Assembly: GCA_022605425.2 (NCBI GenBank)
Contig: JAKIMF020000001.1
Location: forward strand, 1,984,001-2,048,000
DNA length: 64,000 bases
Direction of reading: 5' to 3'
DNA from: Hamiltosporidium tvaerminnensis FI-OER-3-3
Taxonomy: Eukaryota > Fungi > Microsporidia
Below, in pieces: positions 49,749-62,470 of the stretch. The notes beneath the pieces are model-generated. The model was not told the origin of the DNA. It saw only the letters and a program-made list of their open reading frames with translations, and ran no database searches. Positions within the stretch are counted from its first letter, which is position 1; each line of letters opens with the position of its first letter. Position numbers and translations under genes: made by a program.

Positions 49749-51431
49749 ATGGTTGTATTTCAAGATCTAAATAAAATGAGACGTTTAAAAAATAATTCTG
49801 TACTGTTAATATGTGACTATTATAATGAGCACGTTATTCCGATTGAGATGATAAATTCTAAGAAAAATATTGCGTTATTTCCTATTTCAAATGTTCCTTT
49901 AATAGAATATATTGTAAAGATGTTGGAGGATAGTAAATTTACGGATGTTTACTTGGCTGCTGGTGTGTCGTTGCCTGTTTTGTGTGAATATTTTAAAAAT
50001 TCAAAAAACCGTTGCATTAATATCAAATTTGTAAGTATTGATGGAAAAAATTTTGCAGATTTTATGAGAGAATTGGACGAAAAAGATGTGGAAGTCGAGA
50101 ACTTGCTTGTTATGTATGCAAATCATTTTACAACATTGAATCTTAAAAAACTTTTAACATTTCACAAGACAGCTGTGATGAAGGACTCAAATGTTTTGAT
50201 GACAATTTTTTTGTCTAAAAAAGAAAATACAGATAAAAAAATGGTGATGCTTGGGCGAACTCAAGAGAAGGGTATTTTGTTTTACGACAGAGTTACAAAT
50301 AATTGTGATTTTACAGAAGCATTTTATGGGGCGATAGAAGCACACACACATCTCGATTTTTGTACAAATTTTAATTCTCCTGGAATTTTTGTAATAGATC
50401 ACAGATTCTTTCCACTTTTTACTGAACATTTCGATTTTAAAACGATTGAGGATTTTTTAATTGGAATTTTGGCATTTAATGTCTACGAATATAAAATTTT
50501 GTATTATGAATGTGAAAATACACATGTAGATTCCTTAGAAAAAATCAGTAATTTATCTTTAAAGAATTCAGTTTATTCAAAAGTAATTTCAACTGTAGAA
50601 GATTATTTTCAATTTAATGATGATATTAGAAAAGGAAAAGTTCATTCTTTTGAATTGGAAAAATTTATAATTTCTTCAAATCAAGACAATATTCTGAAAT
50701 ATAAAAAAAATAACGGAAATTATATTTTAGAAAATTTTTATGAAAATAAAACAAACGTAGTTGATTCTGTTATAGGTTTTCAAACTAAAATAAAAGAATC
50801 TTCTTTGGTAAATTCTACAGTTTTTGGGAATAATTGTGAATTCGAAGGAAAAGCAGATAAATGTATTATATGGGACGGTTTGAAATTTTCCGGGGAATTT
50901 GAAAATTCTATATTGGTTTGTAAAGAAGATTCTTCTTTGGTTCAATTTAGTAGAGACTATACTGTTGAAATTATAGAACAAGAAGAAGATATTACTGAAA
51001 AAAATCCAAAGTCTTTTTTTGATGATTTTCTCACGTATTTGGATATAAATGTGGTCGCTGTGGATTTAAATAAAATAGATTTTGAAGATGCGCGAAAACA
51101 GATTTCATTGCTTAGAATTGTCTGGAATGCCTCCACTTTTGATATTTTAGAAGGATTCGGTATGTTTTTCGTGAAACTTTTGGATGTAAATGATGTGGAT
51201 AATTCAACAATTGCAGCATCTTTTTTGTTTCCACTTTTGTATGGCTGGACTGAAGGTCCGAGAGAGCAAGATGCACTTCTTGCAAGCATTTTTGAATTAT
51301 TGAAGGAGGGAGACAGAGAAATACGCAAGGAAGTTATAATAAAATATGGGTTTTTGCTTATGGAGGATGGTTTTGTTTCAAGAGATGTTGTAAAAAAATA
51401 TCGCATTTTGATAAAAAAAGGACTTTACTGA
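49749..51431 (+). CDS. GCD6: Translation initiation factor eIF2B epsilon subunit
   Basis: NTP-transferase-like N-terminus (ALFPISNVPLIEY), LbH-like repeats (DSVIG, STVFGNNC, CIIWD) and a C-terminal helical W2-like domain (ISLLRIVWNAS). Confidence 0.8.
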   Translation: MVVFQDLNKMRRLKNNSVLLICDYYNEHVIPIEMINSKKNIALFPISNVPLIEYIVKMLEDSKFTDVYLAAGVSLPVLCEYFKNSKNRCINIKFVSIDGKNFADFMRELDEKDVEVENLLVMYANHFTTLNLKKLLTFHKTAVMKDSNVLMTIFLSKKENTDKKMVMLGRTQEKGILFYDRVTNNCDFTEAFYGAIEAHTHLDFCTNFNSPGIFVIDHRFFPLFTEHFDFKTIEDFLIGILAFNVYEYKILYYECENTHVDSLEKISNLSLKNSVYSKVISTVEDYFQFNDDIRKGKVHSFELEKFIISSNQDNILKYKKNNGNYILENFYENKTNVVDSVIGFQTKIKESSLVNSTVFGNNCEFEGKADKCIIWDGLKFSGEFENSILVCKEDSSLVQFSRDYTVEIIEQEEDITEKNPKSFFDDFLTYLDINVVAVDLNKIDFEDARKQISLLRIVWNASTFDILEGFGMFFVKLLDVNDVDNSTIAASFLFPLLYGWTEGPREQDALLASIFELLKEGDREIRKEVIIKYGFLLMEDGFVSRDVVKKYRILIKKGLY

Positions 51432-52975
51432 TAAATTTCTAAATTAAAAACATATTTTAGTCACATTTTCTATTTCTTTATTGCTAAAGAAATTTTAAAA
51501 AGTTGTTTCATATTTGCCAAAATCGAGATTTGTTACTTGTTTTTTTATTATAATTCATTTATATACATTATAGAATGGTTTCTGCTCTCGTAAAAGATTT
51601 TTCTATGATATCTGCTTATAATTTTGCTAATATACTCTCATTTATTATTCTTCTTCTAGTTTAGCGATTGCTGAATTGCTTAACCATTTTTTTTCTAATA
51701 TACTTTCTTATAATTATTTTATTTATCATTTAAAGATTTACGAACTATCTTTTACCATTTTTTTATAAAATACTTTTGATTTCACTTCTAAATAATTTAA
51801 TTTCTCAAAAAAATAGATTTTTTAAATCACTTTTGATTATTTTCTGATATCATGTTTGAACCAACTTGATTAAAATATCTGATTTTTGATTTTTAAAAAA
51901 AAAATATATTTCTAAAATATTATGATTGGTAGAAAAAAATATATTGAAATTCAAAACAATGAGTAAAGATTACGAGTAAAGTATTATCGACTCTATATTT
52001 TATCTTTTTTCTATATTATTCTGGAAGTAAATTGCTAATTATAATATTTCTATAAATGTAATTTTTGTAAATCTTTTATCATTTTTGATTTTCCTTTTAT
52101 TGTAATACAATATTATATTTCAATTGTGTGCATCTATTAAATTTAAATTCTTTGTAACAGATATTGGATTAACTTTTATAAGTATTGGGTTTAATAAAAA
52201 GACTAGTAAGTGTTTGATTTACAATATAAAAAAGGCAGAGAAAGCTAATAAAATTACGAAAAGTATTTAAAACGCGTATCTTCCTGATTCATAGCAAAAT
52301 ACTCAGGATTAAAAAACGATCTAAGTATATATTAACTCGCTTGTATTTTAATAGTATGCATCTTTCAAGAAACATATTTTTATCATAATAGAGTTATACC
52401 TGTAACCAATTCTCGAATGAGTCAAAATATTTTTAATATTTTCTTATAAAATGAAATATCCAGCTTAATCACAAAATATCTTGAATTTTGTTAATACAGC
52501 CCAGATGTAATTTCTTCTACTTTTTCAGATTCGGCACATGTTTTACTTAAAATGTTAAATAAGATATACAAAACCAGTGAGTTTAATTAAGATTTAATAT
52601 CCTCCTTGTTATTACTAGATTAAAAACTTCTCATTTAATAGTGTAGATATGGCAATAATTCCAGGAAAAGCATAAGAGAAATCGATTTTATCTTGTTTCT
52701 TTTAACATGTTTATTTGGTCGATGCCGTCATTGTATAACTCAAAATATTAAATTGATTGATATTACTTGAAAAAATCAGCAAAAGAAAACTTTAAAAACA
52801 CTGATCCAAACAAAAAGGCTTTAATGAGCATTTTCTATTAGAGATTGATAATTAGTAAGTTAAAATTTCGCTAAAATATTGATACAAATTGAATTGGCTA
52901 GATTGCAACTATTTTATAACATACGGTGTATATAGATATGAAAATACGCTTAAAAATCGAAATAAAAGTGTAAAA

Positions 52976-53207
52976 TCATCTTCGTCACTTTAACCATGCC
53001 CGAGACTTGTCCGCCCTTTGTAATACCGCCTATTGGTCTTTTTCCGGTGGATTTGTTTACTTTTTTGGGTTCCGCGACAAGGTGGTCTAAAAGAGTGGAT
53101 TGTTAACCCTATGGCCACCCTGGATGATCAGTCCCTTTTATTAGCCTCTTACGACGAGCAGAGAATACTCCAAGCCAATTCTGCTCCCACCATGATCGGA
53201 GAAGGGG
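52976..53207 (-). mobile_element. Short internally deleted RTE-derived non-autonomous element (SIDE/SINE-like), copy 2
   Basis: Same bipartite layout as 18496-18720. Perfect 9-bp TSD AGTGTAAAA at 52967-52975 and 53208-53216. Confidence 0.85.
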
Positions 53208-54089
53208 AGTGTAAAAAGATGTAATAAACATTAGATCGTCTAATTTTTTTGAATTTACATAGTACGCAGTGATAGAGTACTTGGAAAGTTGGGTTCTAAA
53301 TTTTGACAATAATTCAACTTTACTTTCTGTTCTCTTCCACATTTTTGCATTTGCTCAAACTCTTCATCCTAGCAAATTATTTCCCTAGATTCTAATTAAC
53401 ATCAACTAAGCATCTTTTTTGTAATATATATATTCACACCTTACATTTAAGTGCAAATTTAAAGATTTTAGTAGCTGCTCTATCTATTGACATTCTTTAT
53501 ACGTCTCCAGATAGCTAAACATGTTTTGTTTAATCCGTGAATATATTGGATTCATGATAAGAATCATGACTGTTCATTCGTTCCAATTCACATCTAGGTA
53601 TTTAATATTAGTTAATATATCTTCTTAGTACATTCATTATCCATGTCAATGTAATTTTTATATTTAAGGTATAACAAATGTTTTAGAAGCATGAATTCTG
53701 GTTGATACAATAGTGATTCTATATGTTACCTTCTCCAAAACAAATCAAAAGTTAAAATCTTCTAATGATAGCCTTATAAAGCATTAGATAGAAGAAAGCG
53801 GTTATCATAGTCAAAAATTTATAAATAAACTAAAAAAATGACTGGTTTTAAATTTGATAACAAAATAGAATATTCTAGTTTTACTTAAAAAGATTTCCTC
53901 CTTAAAATTTCTTTGTAAATAGATCATTTATATGGTTTGAAAACAATTTCGTTAATAGATAGTATCTTAAGCTATTCCAGTCTTTTATATTTATAAGTTA
54001 TCCTAAAATTATATCAACGAACAAATGATTAAATGTGATGAAATGTAGGCCTAAAATGTGAAACAAAAAAAGAAGCCTGGATTTATTGC

Positions 54090-54650
54090 TAAAATCTTTG
54101 TCTGATTATAGCTATGAAATTGATTTATAATCCCTATTCCTTATCTTAATAAGTTTATAAATTTCTTGGTATATTTTTTTGGGAAAAGCGGATAGTGTTT
54201 CTGATATTTATAATTTCCTCAAAAGGAAGCTTACTATTACGTCTAAATATCTTTATAGATTTGCAAAATTAATAGCTTTAAAAAGATATAATGAAAAGCT
54301 TGGTTCAACTGACGTTTATCTAGTTTATCTTAAAGACATGTCTCAAACTGATTCAGAACAACAAAAATAAAATGTAAACCCAAATACTATATTTTTACGG
54401 GAAAATGTGTAATAAAGATCATTTTTCAAAGTAAAATTGGGTGTTTCTTGCATGATATTAGTTTAGGCAGTAGATTTTTTAGCCTTCGAAGTACTCGCTC
54501 TTCTGAATCTAGGTTTATAAAGAGATGTATAACGACTTGAATGTAAATGAAAAAAATACAAAAATGCCGCAAATTGTATATAATCGGTATTTGATAATCG
54601 GTTTTGAATGATTAAAATTATTAATTGTATATGTTTGTTATACAATCAAT
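54090..54650 (+). mobile_element. Highly degenerate RT-domain fragment of the RLE family
   Basis: KADSVSDIYNFLKRKLTITSKYLY resembles KAAGIDGIYNFLIKKLTTLHKYLY. Confidence 0.55.
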
Positions 54651-56039
54651 GAAATCAAAATTTATTTAAAAGTCAACCTGAAATATTAAGTTAATAATGC
54701 CAAAGATGATTCCATAAGATTAACCTAGATCATTGTTTGTTATATTTTTTATTTTGGGAACTGCATATATAAGTCAAATATGGGCTTCCTGAAGTATAAA
54801 AAAGTCAATATGTTGTAAATATGTTTGTAACAACAAAATTACATGTTTTTATATAATCCCAAGCTTTTGTGTTTAGTTTAAAACAGATTTGAGATATTCA
54901 TTACGGATATGAATTATTCCAATAAATATAAATGTTAGAGTTTCAAAGATTAAAGTACCAAAAGTATGCTTATTTTTGAAGATATCAAGTCAAATTTATT
55001 TTAAGATTGTTCAACTTAAATTTTGTAAATTGTAGTGCATACAAACGAAACAAAATCTTAAATGGTTTTAGAATAAATTAAACGAGGCATATGTTTCAAA
55101 TTATAAAAAATGATCTTGAAACCAGATATTACGATTAAGTTTTAAATAATAAAATAGCAAATTATGCTTATAAAATTTGCGGATAAGACTCGAATTTAAA
55201 ACAAATAATTTATCTAAGCCGAGTAATCTAATTTTACATCCTTTATAAACAACTAGCTGTTATTCTCCTGGACTCGGACTTAATCATGCACATATAAGTA
55301 AAACAAAGTAATTTTCTTCCCCAATTTAAGTACTGGCCATAATTTCTTGATATTTCAAGTAGGATTTTATAAACTCGCCATGTCTGTTTCAAGTATTGAT
55401 TTTTAGTCTAGCATATCTGAATTATCAGCTGCTTTTGAGCAATTCCTACAAAAATTAGGTTTCTTTTAATCTGCATATTTTTCTTCTTCATATATAATTG
55501 ATTTTAATTTTTTAGAGCTTTAGGTCAGCTTTCTTTTTTTTATTTTTTTGTTTTATTACCTATTTTTAATCCCCATTTCTTACTTTTCACTTAAATTTAT
55601 TTGCGTCGAGCGCTTTCTTTGTCTCAAAGCAGTTTTTTGGAGCAATTTGCGTGTAAGTTAATCCATTTGTTGTATAAGTTTCTAGTTTTTTTTATTAAAC
55701 AACTCTAATTTTAACAGATAAAAAATTATATAAGACTAGTTAAGACTTAAGTTTTATGGAATTATTAGACTTACTTATTCAGTCCTTTTTTACTTCATGG
55801 TGTAGAGAATAAAAAAACCCAAGCCAATATTTTATGTCGATGGTTAATGTCTGCATTTTCTGGGTCTATTCTTCTTCTCATTAAAGCGGATTTCGGTCAA
55901 AACATTTCATATTCACCGGTTCTATTTTACCTGCCGACATCTTACATTTAAGTCTCATAAATCATAGTCTGGTTTTTACGCCAGGTTTTTTTGATACAGT
56001 CTTTTATTTTTACATTTGTTTCTTTTGAGATGTTGTTAT

Positions 56040-56169
56040 CAAAATCATAAGGATTTTCCTATTGTTCTAGTGTGTTTTATACCTACCAAAATGTTAAGAA
56101 TGATTTTCACACCAATTCTACACACTCTCTGCTAGCCATATGGTTTTTAATGTGGTTATCTTCTCTACC
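56040..56169. mobile_element. Partial MITE-like copy
   Basis: 'cacaccaattctacacactc...ttttaatgtggttatcttctc' aligns with the reverse complement of 32132-32230. Confidence 0.55.
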
Positions 56170-56471
56170 AGATTAAAAATATGTTCACCGCTTTATAACT
56201 CAGTGAGAAATATTGTATTTAAAAGCAAACTATACAGAAATTTGTATCTTAATTTTAAATAGACAGATAAAATCATAAAATTTCGGAAAATATAATTAAT
56301 GGAATACAAGTAAAACATTTTACTGTTAAAACGTAATATAAGGCATGAATAAACAAAATAACGACATTTGAAGTTGACAAATATCATTGAAAAAACCAAT
56401 TGTATGTTATAAATAACGATTAAGTAATCGAAATAAATGCTACTTTGTAATCAAAAAACATTTTTATCGAA

Positions 56472-56780
56472 TTGTATTTAATATTTTTTAAAGAGAATAT
56501 TCCAAAAAAAATGCCAAATTGTAGAAAATTATTTTCAGAAACTAAAAAAATAATGTTTAAATATAAAAATAATTATGAAAATTCACCATTAGAGCATTTA
56601 AATTGTGTAAAAGAAATCAAAATAAAAATCATTCAACTGAAGAAATTACTTAGAAAAATTGAAAGATGCAAAGTAAAGAGTACCAAAGTATTAAATAAAC
56701 TGAGTGAAGTTATTAAAGAAGAAGAAATTGTGGATTTGTACAAAAACTACCATATTTTTGATATTGATGACTTATTTTGA
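56472..56780 (+). CDS. Small lysine-rich hypothetical protein (ATG start probably at 56511)
   Basis: Open frame with a coiled-coil-like middle, in the gene-dense part of the window. No recognisable motif. Confidence 0.4.
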   Translation: MYLIFFKENIPKKMPNCRKLFSETKKIMFKYKNNYENSPLEHLNCVKEIKIKIIQLKKLLRKIERCKVKSTKVLNKLSEVIKEEEIVDLYKNYHIFDIDDLF

Positions 56781-56846
56781 AAAATAATTAGATCCATGGA
56801 AGGTTGGAAATGCGTTGAAAATATTAAATTGGGTTTTGCAATTTTT

Positions 56847-57255
56847 TTATTTAATAAAATTCTGGGTTAAAATAGTTTTACGATTTTTATGCCTTTTCTT
56901 CTACCTCTTTTACCACAGTTGTTTCTTCTTCCAAATCCGACTCTTCATTTTTATTTATCGTCGGTTCCTCTAACGTGATTCCTTCTTCTGAAATAAGAGG
57001 TGTAATATTTTTTGTTTTTAACTTTTAAGCACCATCTTCATCTCTATTCACTTGTTTTAAAGGGGGGTTGATTCCTCATGCATCTCTGCTCTCATAATAG
57101 CCTCCATTGAAGCTCTTCCAAACTCTCTTCGGCATTTAGTCATGACTCAAGTCCTCTTCGTCAGTCAAAGGAAATTGTTTCGATGTCTCCTTAAGTACTA
57201 TAGACTGAATGTATGCCTCTACATTCATGGTTATTTGTAGTCTTTTAAGGTGTGA
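56847..57255 (-). mobile_element. ~410-bp 5'-truncated 3' end of the RLE element
   Basis: High similarity to 1610-2020, including the terminal 'tatttaataaaattctgggttaaaata'. Confidence 0.9.
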
Positions 57256-57321
57256 CATTGTGTAAAAATAGAATAATTTTATAAGTTATATTTTACAGAT
57301 TTTCAAAAAATTATTTTTAGT

Positions 57322-57643
57322 TTATTTCGTAAAACTTACTGTATGTTTGTATTTTATATCGTTACTGATCATTATTTTTATTTTGTGCCAACAATATTCT
57401 TCATTACAAGAACAATAAATTTTATCTTTGGATTTGATTAAATATATCTTATCATCAATAATATAGTAAAATACCCCTTTTATATTTGAAATGTAACATT
57501 TCGATTCAATAATTTGGTCTATTTCATCTCCTACCAAAAGATATGCCTAAATTAGAAAAAAAAACTACTTTTTCGAATGAAAGTGATAAAATCATAGAAA
57601 GAAGGGCAAGTTTTTCAACAATTATATTTCGATTATTGGTCAT
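57322..57643 (-). CDS. SWIM zinc-finger protein (Sws1/ZSWIM7-like), two exons with a 22-nt intron at 57547-57568
   Basis: CSC...CWH SWIM motif. Splicing GTAG(T9)CTAATTTAG joins MTNNRNIIVEKLALLSMILSLSFEK in frame to AYLLVGDEID..., giving ~99 aa. Confidence 0.7.
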
Positions 57644-57748
57644 TTACGATTTAGTTTTCTATAGAATACATATAAATATAAGAACTTCTGATTGTTTTAT
57701 TCCATCTTTATTCAGTGATTTAATATTAAATCAAAAAAATCATCATTA

Positions 57749-59026
57749 ATGAATATTTCGAAGGAGACTCAAAATATAATATTTCCACGTAAAAAAATAT
57801 TTTTTGATTATATTCTTTGCAAAGTCTTTGAATATTCAAATTTATGTTTCAATGTCCTACAATCATGTTTCATATGTATCAAAAAGTCCGAAGATGTAAA
57901 AATATACCAATTTTGGTTTCATATGGATGAAGAACAAATTAAGGAAGCAATAATAAATAGTAGTTTACCAGAAGAGTACTATACTTATACATTTCATGAT
58001 GGTGCATCTATTTTGCATTATGCAGCTTTATATAACAATTTAAATTTGATACAAAAATTAGTGGGCATAGGATTTAACTTAGATTCAAAAGGGGGAAAAT
58101 ACCAGAGTACGCCTTTATTTTATGCTTTATACAATTCTAATTACAGAGTAATGAAATATCTAATTATTAATGGCGCTGATATAAATTATGTAAATACATC
58201 TGGATATTCTTTACTTCATACATGTATTTCTTATTATGATACACTCGGTTTTATACTTCTAATGGCAAATAACGTAAATATAAATATAAAAGATCACAAA
58301 AAAAGAAGTGTCGCTGAATATGCAGGTCTGAAAAAAAGAAAGGAAATAATCATTGCTTTGAATCGATTTTATAAAAAGAATGAAAAATATTTTCCACAAA
58401 AAAGTACAAAATATTTGATTCTTTTTTTTATCGTATACAGTATTTTTTTCAAAGAAAATATATTTTTTTTATTTATCGTGTCAATTCTTATAAAGAATGT
58501 AGTTTATAAGACAGATATTATGTTTTTTATAAATTTATTTTATACAATATTGTTTTCGTCACAACTTTTGGAACGAAATAGATGGTTTGTGGTTTTACTG
58601 ATTCCATTTATCTATCTTAAATATTTGCTTCTATTTACAAAACCGAAATATTTAATGAAAAACGATATAAATAAATGTAAAGAAATAATATCTAATATTT
58701 TGGAAACTACTGAATTAACGAAAAAAATATTTTGTTATACTTGTTGGATAAAGAAGGACAAAGGAATTAAACACTGTTCGGTGTGTAATATTTGTATAGT
58801 ATATCATGATCATCATTGTCCTTGTCTAAATAGATGCATTCAGAATCAAAGTGATAAGTTATTTGAAATGTATCTTTTGGTCTGCTTGATTCTTTTATAC
58901 TTTCTATATTCACATGAAATATTTAATGATTATAACTTTGAAATACGTTTTATTATTATTTTTATATTCGGTATTTTGTCACTTAGAATTACAAAAATGG
59001 TGTGCAATAGATTTACAAATAAATAA
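57749..59026 (+). CDS. AKR1: Ankyrin-repeat DHHC palmitoyltransferase (Akr1-like)
   Basis: Ankyrin repeats (SILHYAA, TPLFYAL, SLLHTC), TM segments, and CYTC...KHCSVCNIC...DHHCPCLNRCI. The true start may be MDEEQ at 57922. Confidence 0.88.
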   Translation: MNISKETQNIIFPRKKIFFDYILCKVFEYSNLCFNVLQSCFICIKKSEDVKIYQFWFHMDEEQIKEAIINSSLPEEYYTYTFHDGASILHYAALYNNLNLIQKLVGIGFNLDSKGGKYQSTPLFYALYNSNYRVMKYLIINGADINYVNTSGYSLLHTCISYYDTLGFILLMANNVNINIKDHKKRSVAEYAGLKKRKEIIIALNRFYKKNEKYFPQKSTKYLILFFIVYSIFFKENIFFLFIVSILIKNVVYKTDIMFFINLFYTILFSSQLLERNRWFVVLLIPFIYLKYLLLFTKPKYLMKNDINKCKEIISNILETTELTKKIFCYTCWIKKDKGIKHCSVCNICIVYHDHHCPCLNRCIQNQSDKLFEMYLLVCLILLYFLYSHEIFNDYNFEIRFIIIFIFGILSLRITKMVCNRFTNK

Positions 59027-59929
59027 AAAATATATATTTTTTGAACGTCTCTAATACCTGGTGTTGAGATTTTACAGTCTATTAGCTCCATTATTGATAA
59101 GTTAGATAAATAATTTGGGATAAAGATTTAAATATTAGACCAACATTGATTTCGTTGAAAAAAAATGAAATTATTGCTTTGAAATGTACTTTTTTTTTAT
59201 CGTTTGTTCAATATAATATCGATGCGACAACATTAAAGTCAGAATATCACCATTTTAACTCATAAATAAAAATAAATTCGCTAAATTTTAACTGAATAAT
59301 TTATATCGGCAATATCTAACAAGAATCCTAGCGATTCGCATAAGAAACAAAAAAATTGATTTATAATTCCGAATTCTACCCAGTGTTACATTATTTTTTC
59401 ATTGAATAAATGAGCCATCTTCTTTAAAAAGTGGGATGTTTATATTTTTTTTTGTAGCATTATCGCTTTATTGCTTTTAATAGATGTATGGTCTCTAACA
59501 CATCATCAGTATCTCTTTAGATTCCGACATCTCATGGATTTTTATTTAAAAGAATTGTAGAGCATATAAAATAGGGAAGAGGCTTGAACTATCAGTTCTA
59601 ATGTTTTTTGCCTTTAATATGATTGTAGAGCAAAAACTATCTTGAGCTCACCCAAGATCGTAGTATTTCCACATAGTATGCATTTTTCGAACCTGATAAA
59701 CTCCTAGTCTTGATAAATTTCTGCAGATTATTTCAAATATTAGATATTGCACGCATATAGACATGTATAGCATTAAATTAGGATCATCGGCTTTCAAAAA
59801 GTATGTTTTTTTTCGTATCCCTTAGGCGCATAGTCTTTTAACTCGAATGAGTAAAGCTAGGTTTTCATGGTATAACATGTAAATTGCATACATTTTTAAC
59901 CGTGGTTTATTAATTAAATTTGTAAAAAC

Positions 59930-60113
59930 TACGAACTTCTTGGTCAAAAAAAATTTTCTGTCTTGTAAACCATCTCCTCTATATACCAACTCCAATATGA
60001 AAACCAAAATGTAGTTGGGTTTGCTTTCTACAAAAAATTTAAATAATTATTCTTTCCCCAATTAATCTAATTATTGCCAAACAGATAGTTTTCAACGTGG
60101 TTATCTTTCCTTC
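59930..60113. mobile_element. MITE-like copy (degenerate)
   Basis: 'aaccaaaatgtag...attgccaaacagatagttttcaacgtggttatctttcc' aligns with the reverse complement of 32132-32270. Confidence 0.55.
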
Positions 60114-60331
60114 ATCAACCAGTTATTATATAAAATATAATTTACAATATTTGCTAAATAAAAAAAGGTCAAAGTTTTCAATCAAACCATAATCTTCCTT
60201 TTCTACTTTAATTCCCAATTCTTGTAAAAAAATTTGCAAAATATTTTTTAATTTCTCCATATTTTTCCGTTTTAAATTGTTTTTAATTGAATTTATATTT
60301 ATTTTAGAAAAATATTTCTCCTCAGTTGTGT

Positions 60332-60895
60332 ATGGACAAAAGAACACTTGGCGGCTATAAAAAATACGTTTTTGAACCAAAAATACCAACGGATAACGAA
60401 GAATTTAGTTTTTCTTCTGAAAAAAATGAAATTCAACCAGATTTGAATTCCAAAGCCACAAAAACCGGAGAAATATCAAAGAAAGAGAAAAAAACAAAGA
60501 ATGTTGTAAAAATAAAGAATCCCGGTATAATAGCACATTCAGAGTCTAAAAAAAGCACAAATTTTGACCAAAATGTTATTTTCGAAGATTTAAATGTTTT
60601 AGAAGAAATCAACTTTTCCAAAGAAAACGAACCAAAACTAATTAGTCAAAATGAAAAGGCACAAGATATAAATCTACTTGATGATGTTTTATTCATTTTC
60701 AATTTTGGTCATGGTTTCACACCCAAATCTATTTTGTTATATGATGATGGAAGTATTTGTGCAAAGAATGATACTGAAATTAAAAAAATGGTTAAAAGAA
60801 ATGTCGAAAACTATTTGGCCGTAGAAAAAGAAGAAGATTTCGTTGAAGTTGGTCAAATAGCCGGCATTTTTACAGCTTGTAAAGAAAATATTTAA
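60332..60895 (+). CDS. RPC4: Probable RNA polymerase III subunit RPC4 (C53), reduced
   Basis: The N-terminal RTLGGYKKYVFEPKI resembles the RPC4 'LTLGG.KK.TF.PNI' motif. It has a charged linker and a C-terminal beta-rich segment (ILLYDDGSI...EVGQI). Confidence 0.55.
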   Translation: MDKRTLGGYKKYVFEPKIPTDNEEFSFSSEKNEIQPDLNSKATKTGEISKKEKKTKNVVKIKNPGIIAHSESKKSTNFDQNVIFEDLNVLEEINFSKENEPKLISQNEKAQDINLLDDVLFIFNFGHGFTPKSILLYDDGSICAKNDTEIKKMVKRNVENYLAVEKEEDFVEVGQIAGIFTACKENI

Positions 60896-61088
60896 ATAGT
60901 AAATTTTTAATATTTGTTCCACGCTATCTGATAGAAATTCTATAAAAAAGAACTTATTCTTTTCGTGGATTCATATGATTACACTTAAAATTTTCATTAA
61001 ATCTTTGTTTAGATTCTTTCACATTTTTTTCAAAAATTTTATTTACAAAAATTTTATTTACAAAATAAATTACATTTTAAATTCTTTT

Positions 61089-61154
61089 CGGTTAAAGAAG
61101 TAGAAGAAAACATATAAAAATGGTAAAAATATTTTAACCTAGAATTTTAATACA
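61089..61154 (+). mobile_element. 66-bp extreme 3' stub of the RLE element with an 11-bp TSD
   Basis: 'gttaaagaagtagaagaaaacatataaaaatggtaaaaatattttaacctagaatttt' is flanked by TAAATTCTTTT at 61078-61088 and 61155-61165. Confidence 0.8.
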
Positions 61155-62470
61155 TAAATTCTTTTTAATTTGTCACAATTAAGATTAAAAATGTGAGTAG
61201 AATTTAATATTAAAACACATCTGTACTTTTTAGTAAATTATTTAAATTGTGACTATTTAAAATTATATGTTTATCTGATAACTAAGAAATATTTGAATAT
61301 GATGTATTATAAATATAAAGAGTGCGTAAAAGTAACGGGAAAACCAGATCAACTGATTTAACTAGGCTTGTAAATATATGGAGCAAAACTTAAATGCGCG
61401 AACTTTAATTTTAATAAAAACTAAATGAAATATTTGAATCATAAACACTTAAGTTTATTTTAATATTTTTTTTATCAATAATTTTTTTAATAGATCTCTA
61501 TAATTCAACTTTCATTTTATTTTAAATAAATAAATTTCAATTTCAGTTATCAATACCAATTATGATATGTTTTGTTCACAGAAAAATCTTAAAAAATAAT
61601 TTATGAAATCAAGATCTATATAATAGATATGATATACCTATCTTGATAAAATGAATCAGAGACGTTATATTTCTCAAATAAAATATTTACTTTGATATAC
61701 GCTTGATTATAGAAACCAAAAAACTTAGGAAACAGGACTTACTGTTAAATAATCCTTGCCTAATATGTTTAATATAATACTTACTTCTCTTATGATAATT
61801 CGAAATGATATATTTTAGCTGATATCACACCATTAGGTTCAGAAAGATTTTAAATTATATCAAAATAACGATAAAAACATATCAATCTTTTTGCAATAAA
61901 AAAATCAAAACCATTCTTTCGATTGATTAATAGTATAATCCAAATGTTACAAAGATATTATTATTTAAAGATTAATATAATTCAGAATAAGAATATGAGT
62001 TGAAAGCAAATTATTTCATTAAATTATATATAATCTAGATATGTATTAGCACTGAAATTAAACATTTTGAGTATTACAACCAAATTAATGTAAAAATATT
62101 ATCAAAAAACGAACTAGAGGATTGAAATGCAAACAATTAACAAAAAATAAAACAAAATGGTGTTTCGTTCTCGTTAAACAACCAATAATTTCTTATGTTT
62201 CAATCTAATTATTATTGAATTTCAAATCTTGAAATTCATCTATTATATTAAATAGAAAATCAGTAATCTATGTATAAATTATACGGAATAATTATTAACA
62301 TTTTATTTTGAGGATTTAATCAGAATTTAAATTAAAAATTGTGTTTTTTCTTTTTTTATTACTCATTGCAGTATAAGAGTTAAATCAATCTTCTTACAAT
62401 GTTTAATAATATTTTAAGTTTTAAGTTTCAAAAATCTAAAAATTGTAAAGACTTGGTTAAATCGGTAACT

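Noticed and set aside
50187-51406. Minus-strand ORFs inside eIF2B-epsilon (and inside the ATPase at 63074 and 63551)
   Set aside because: They are antisense to well-supported genes.
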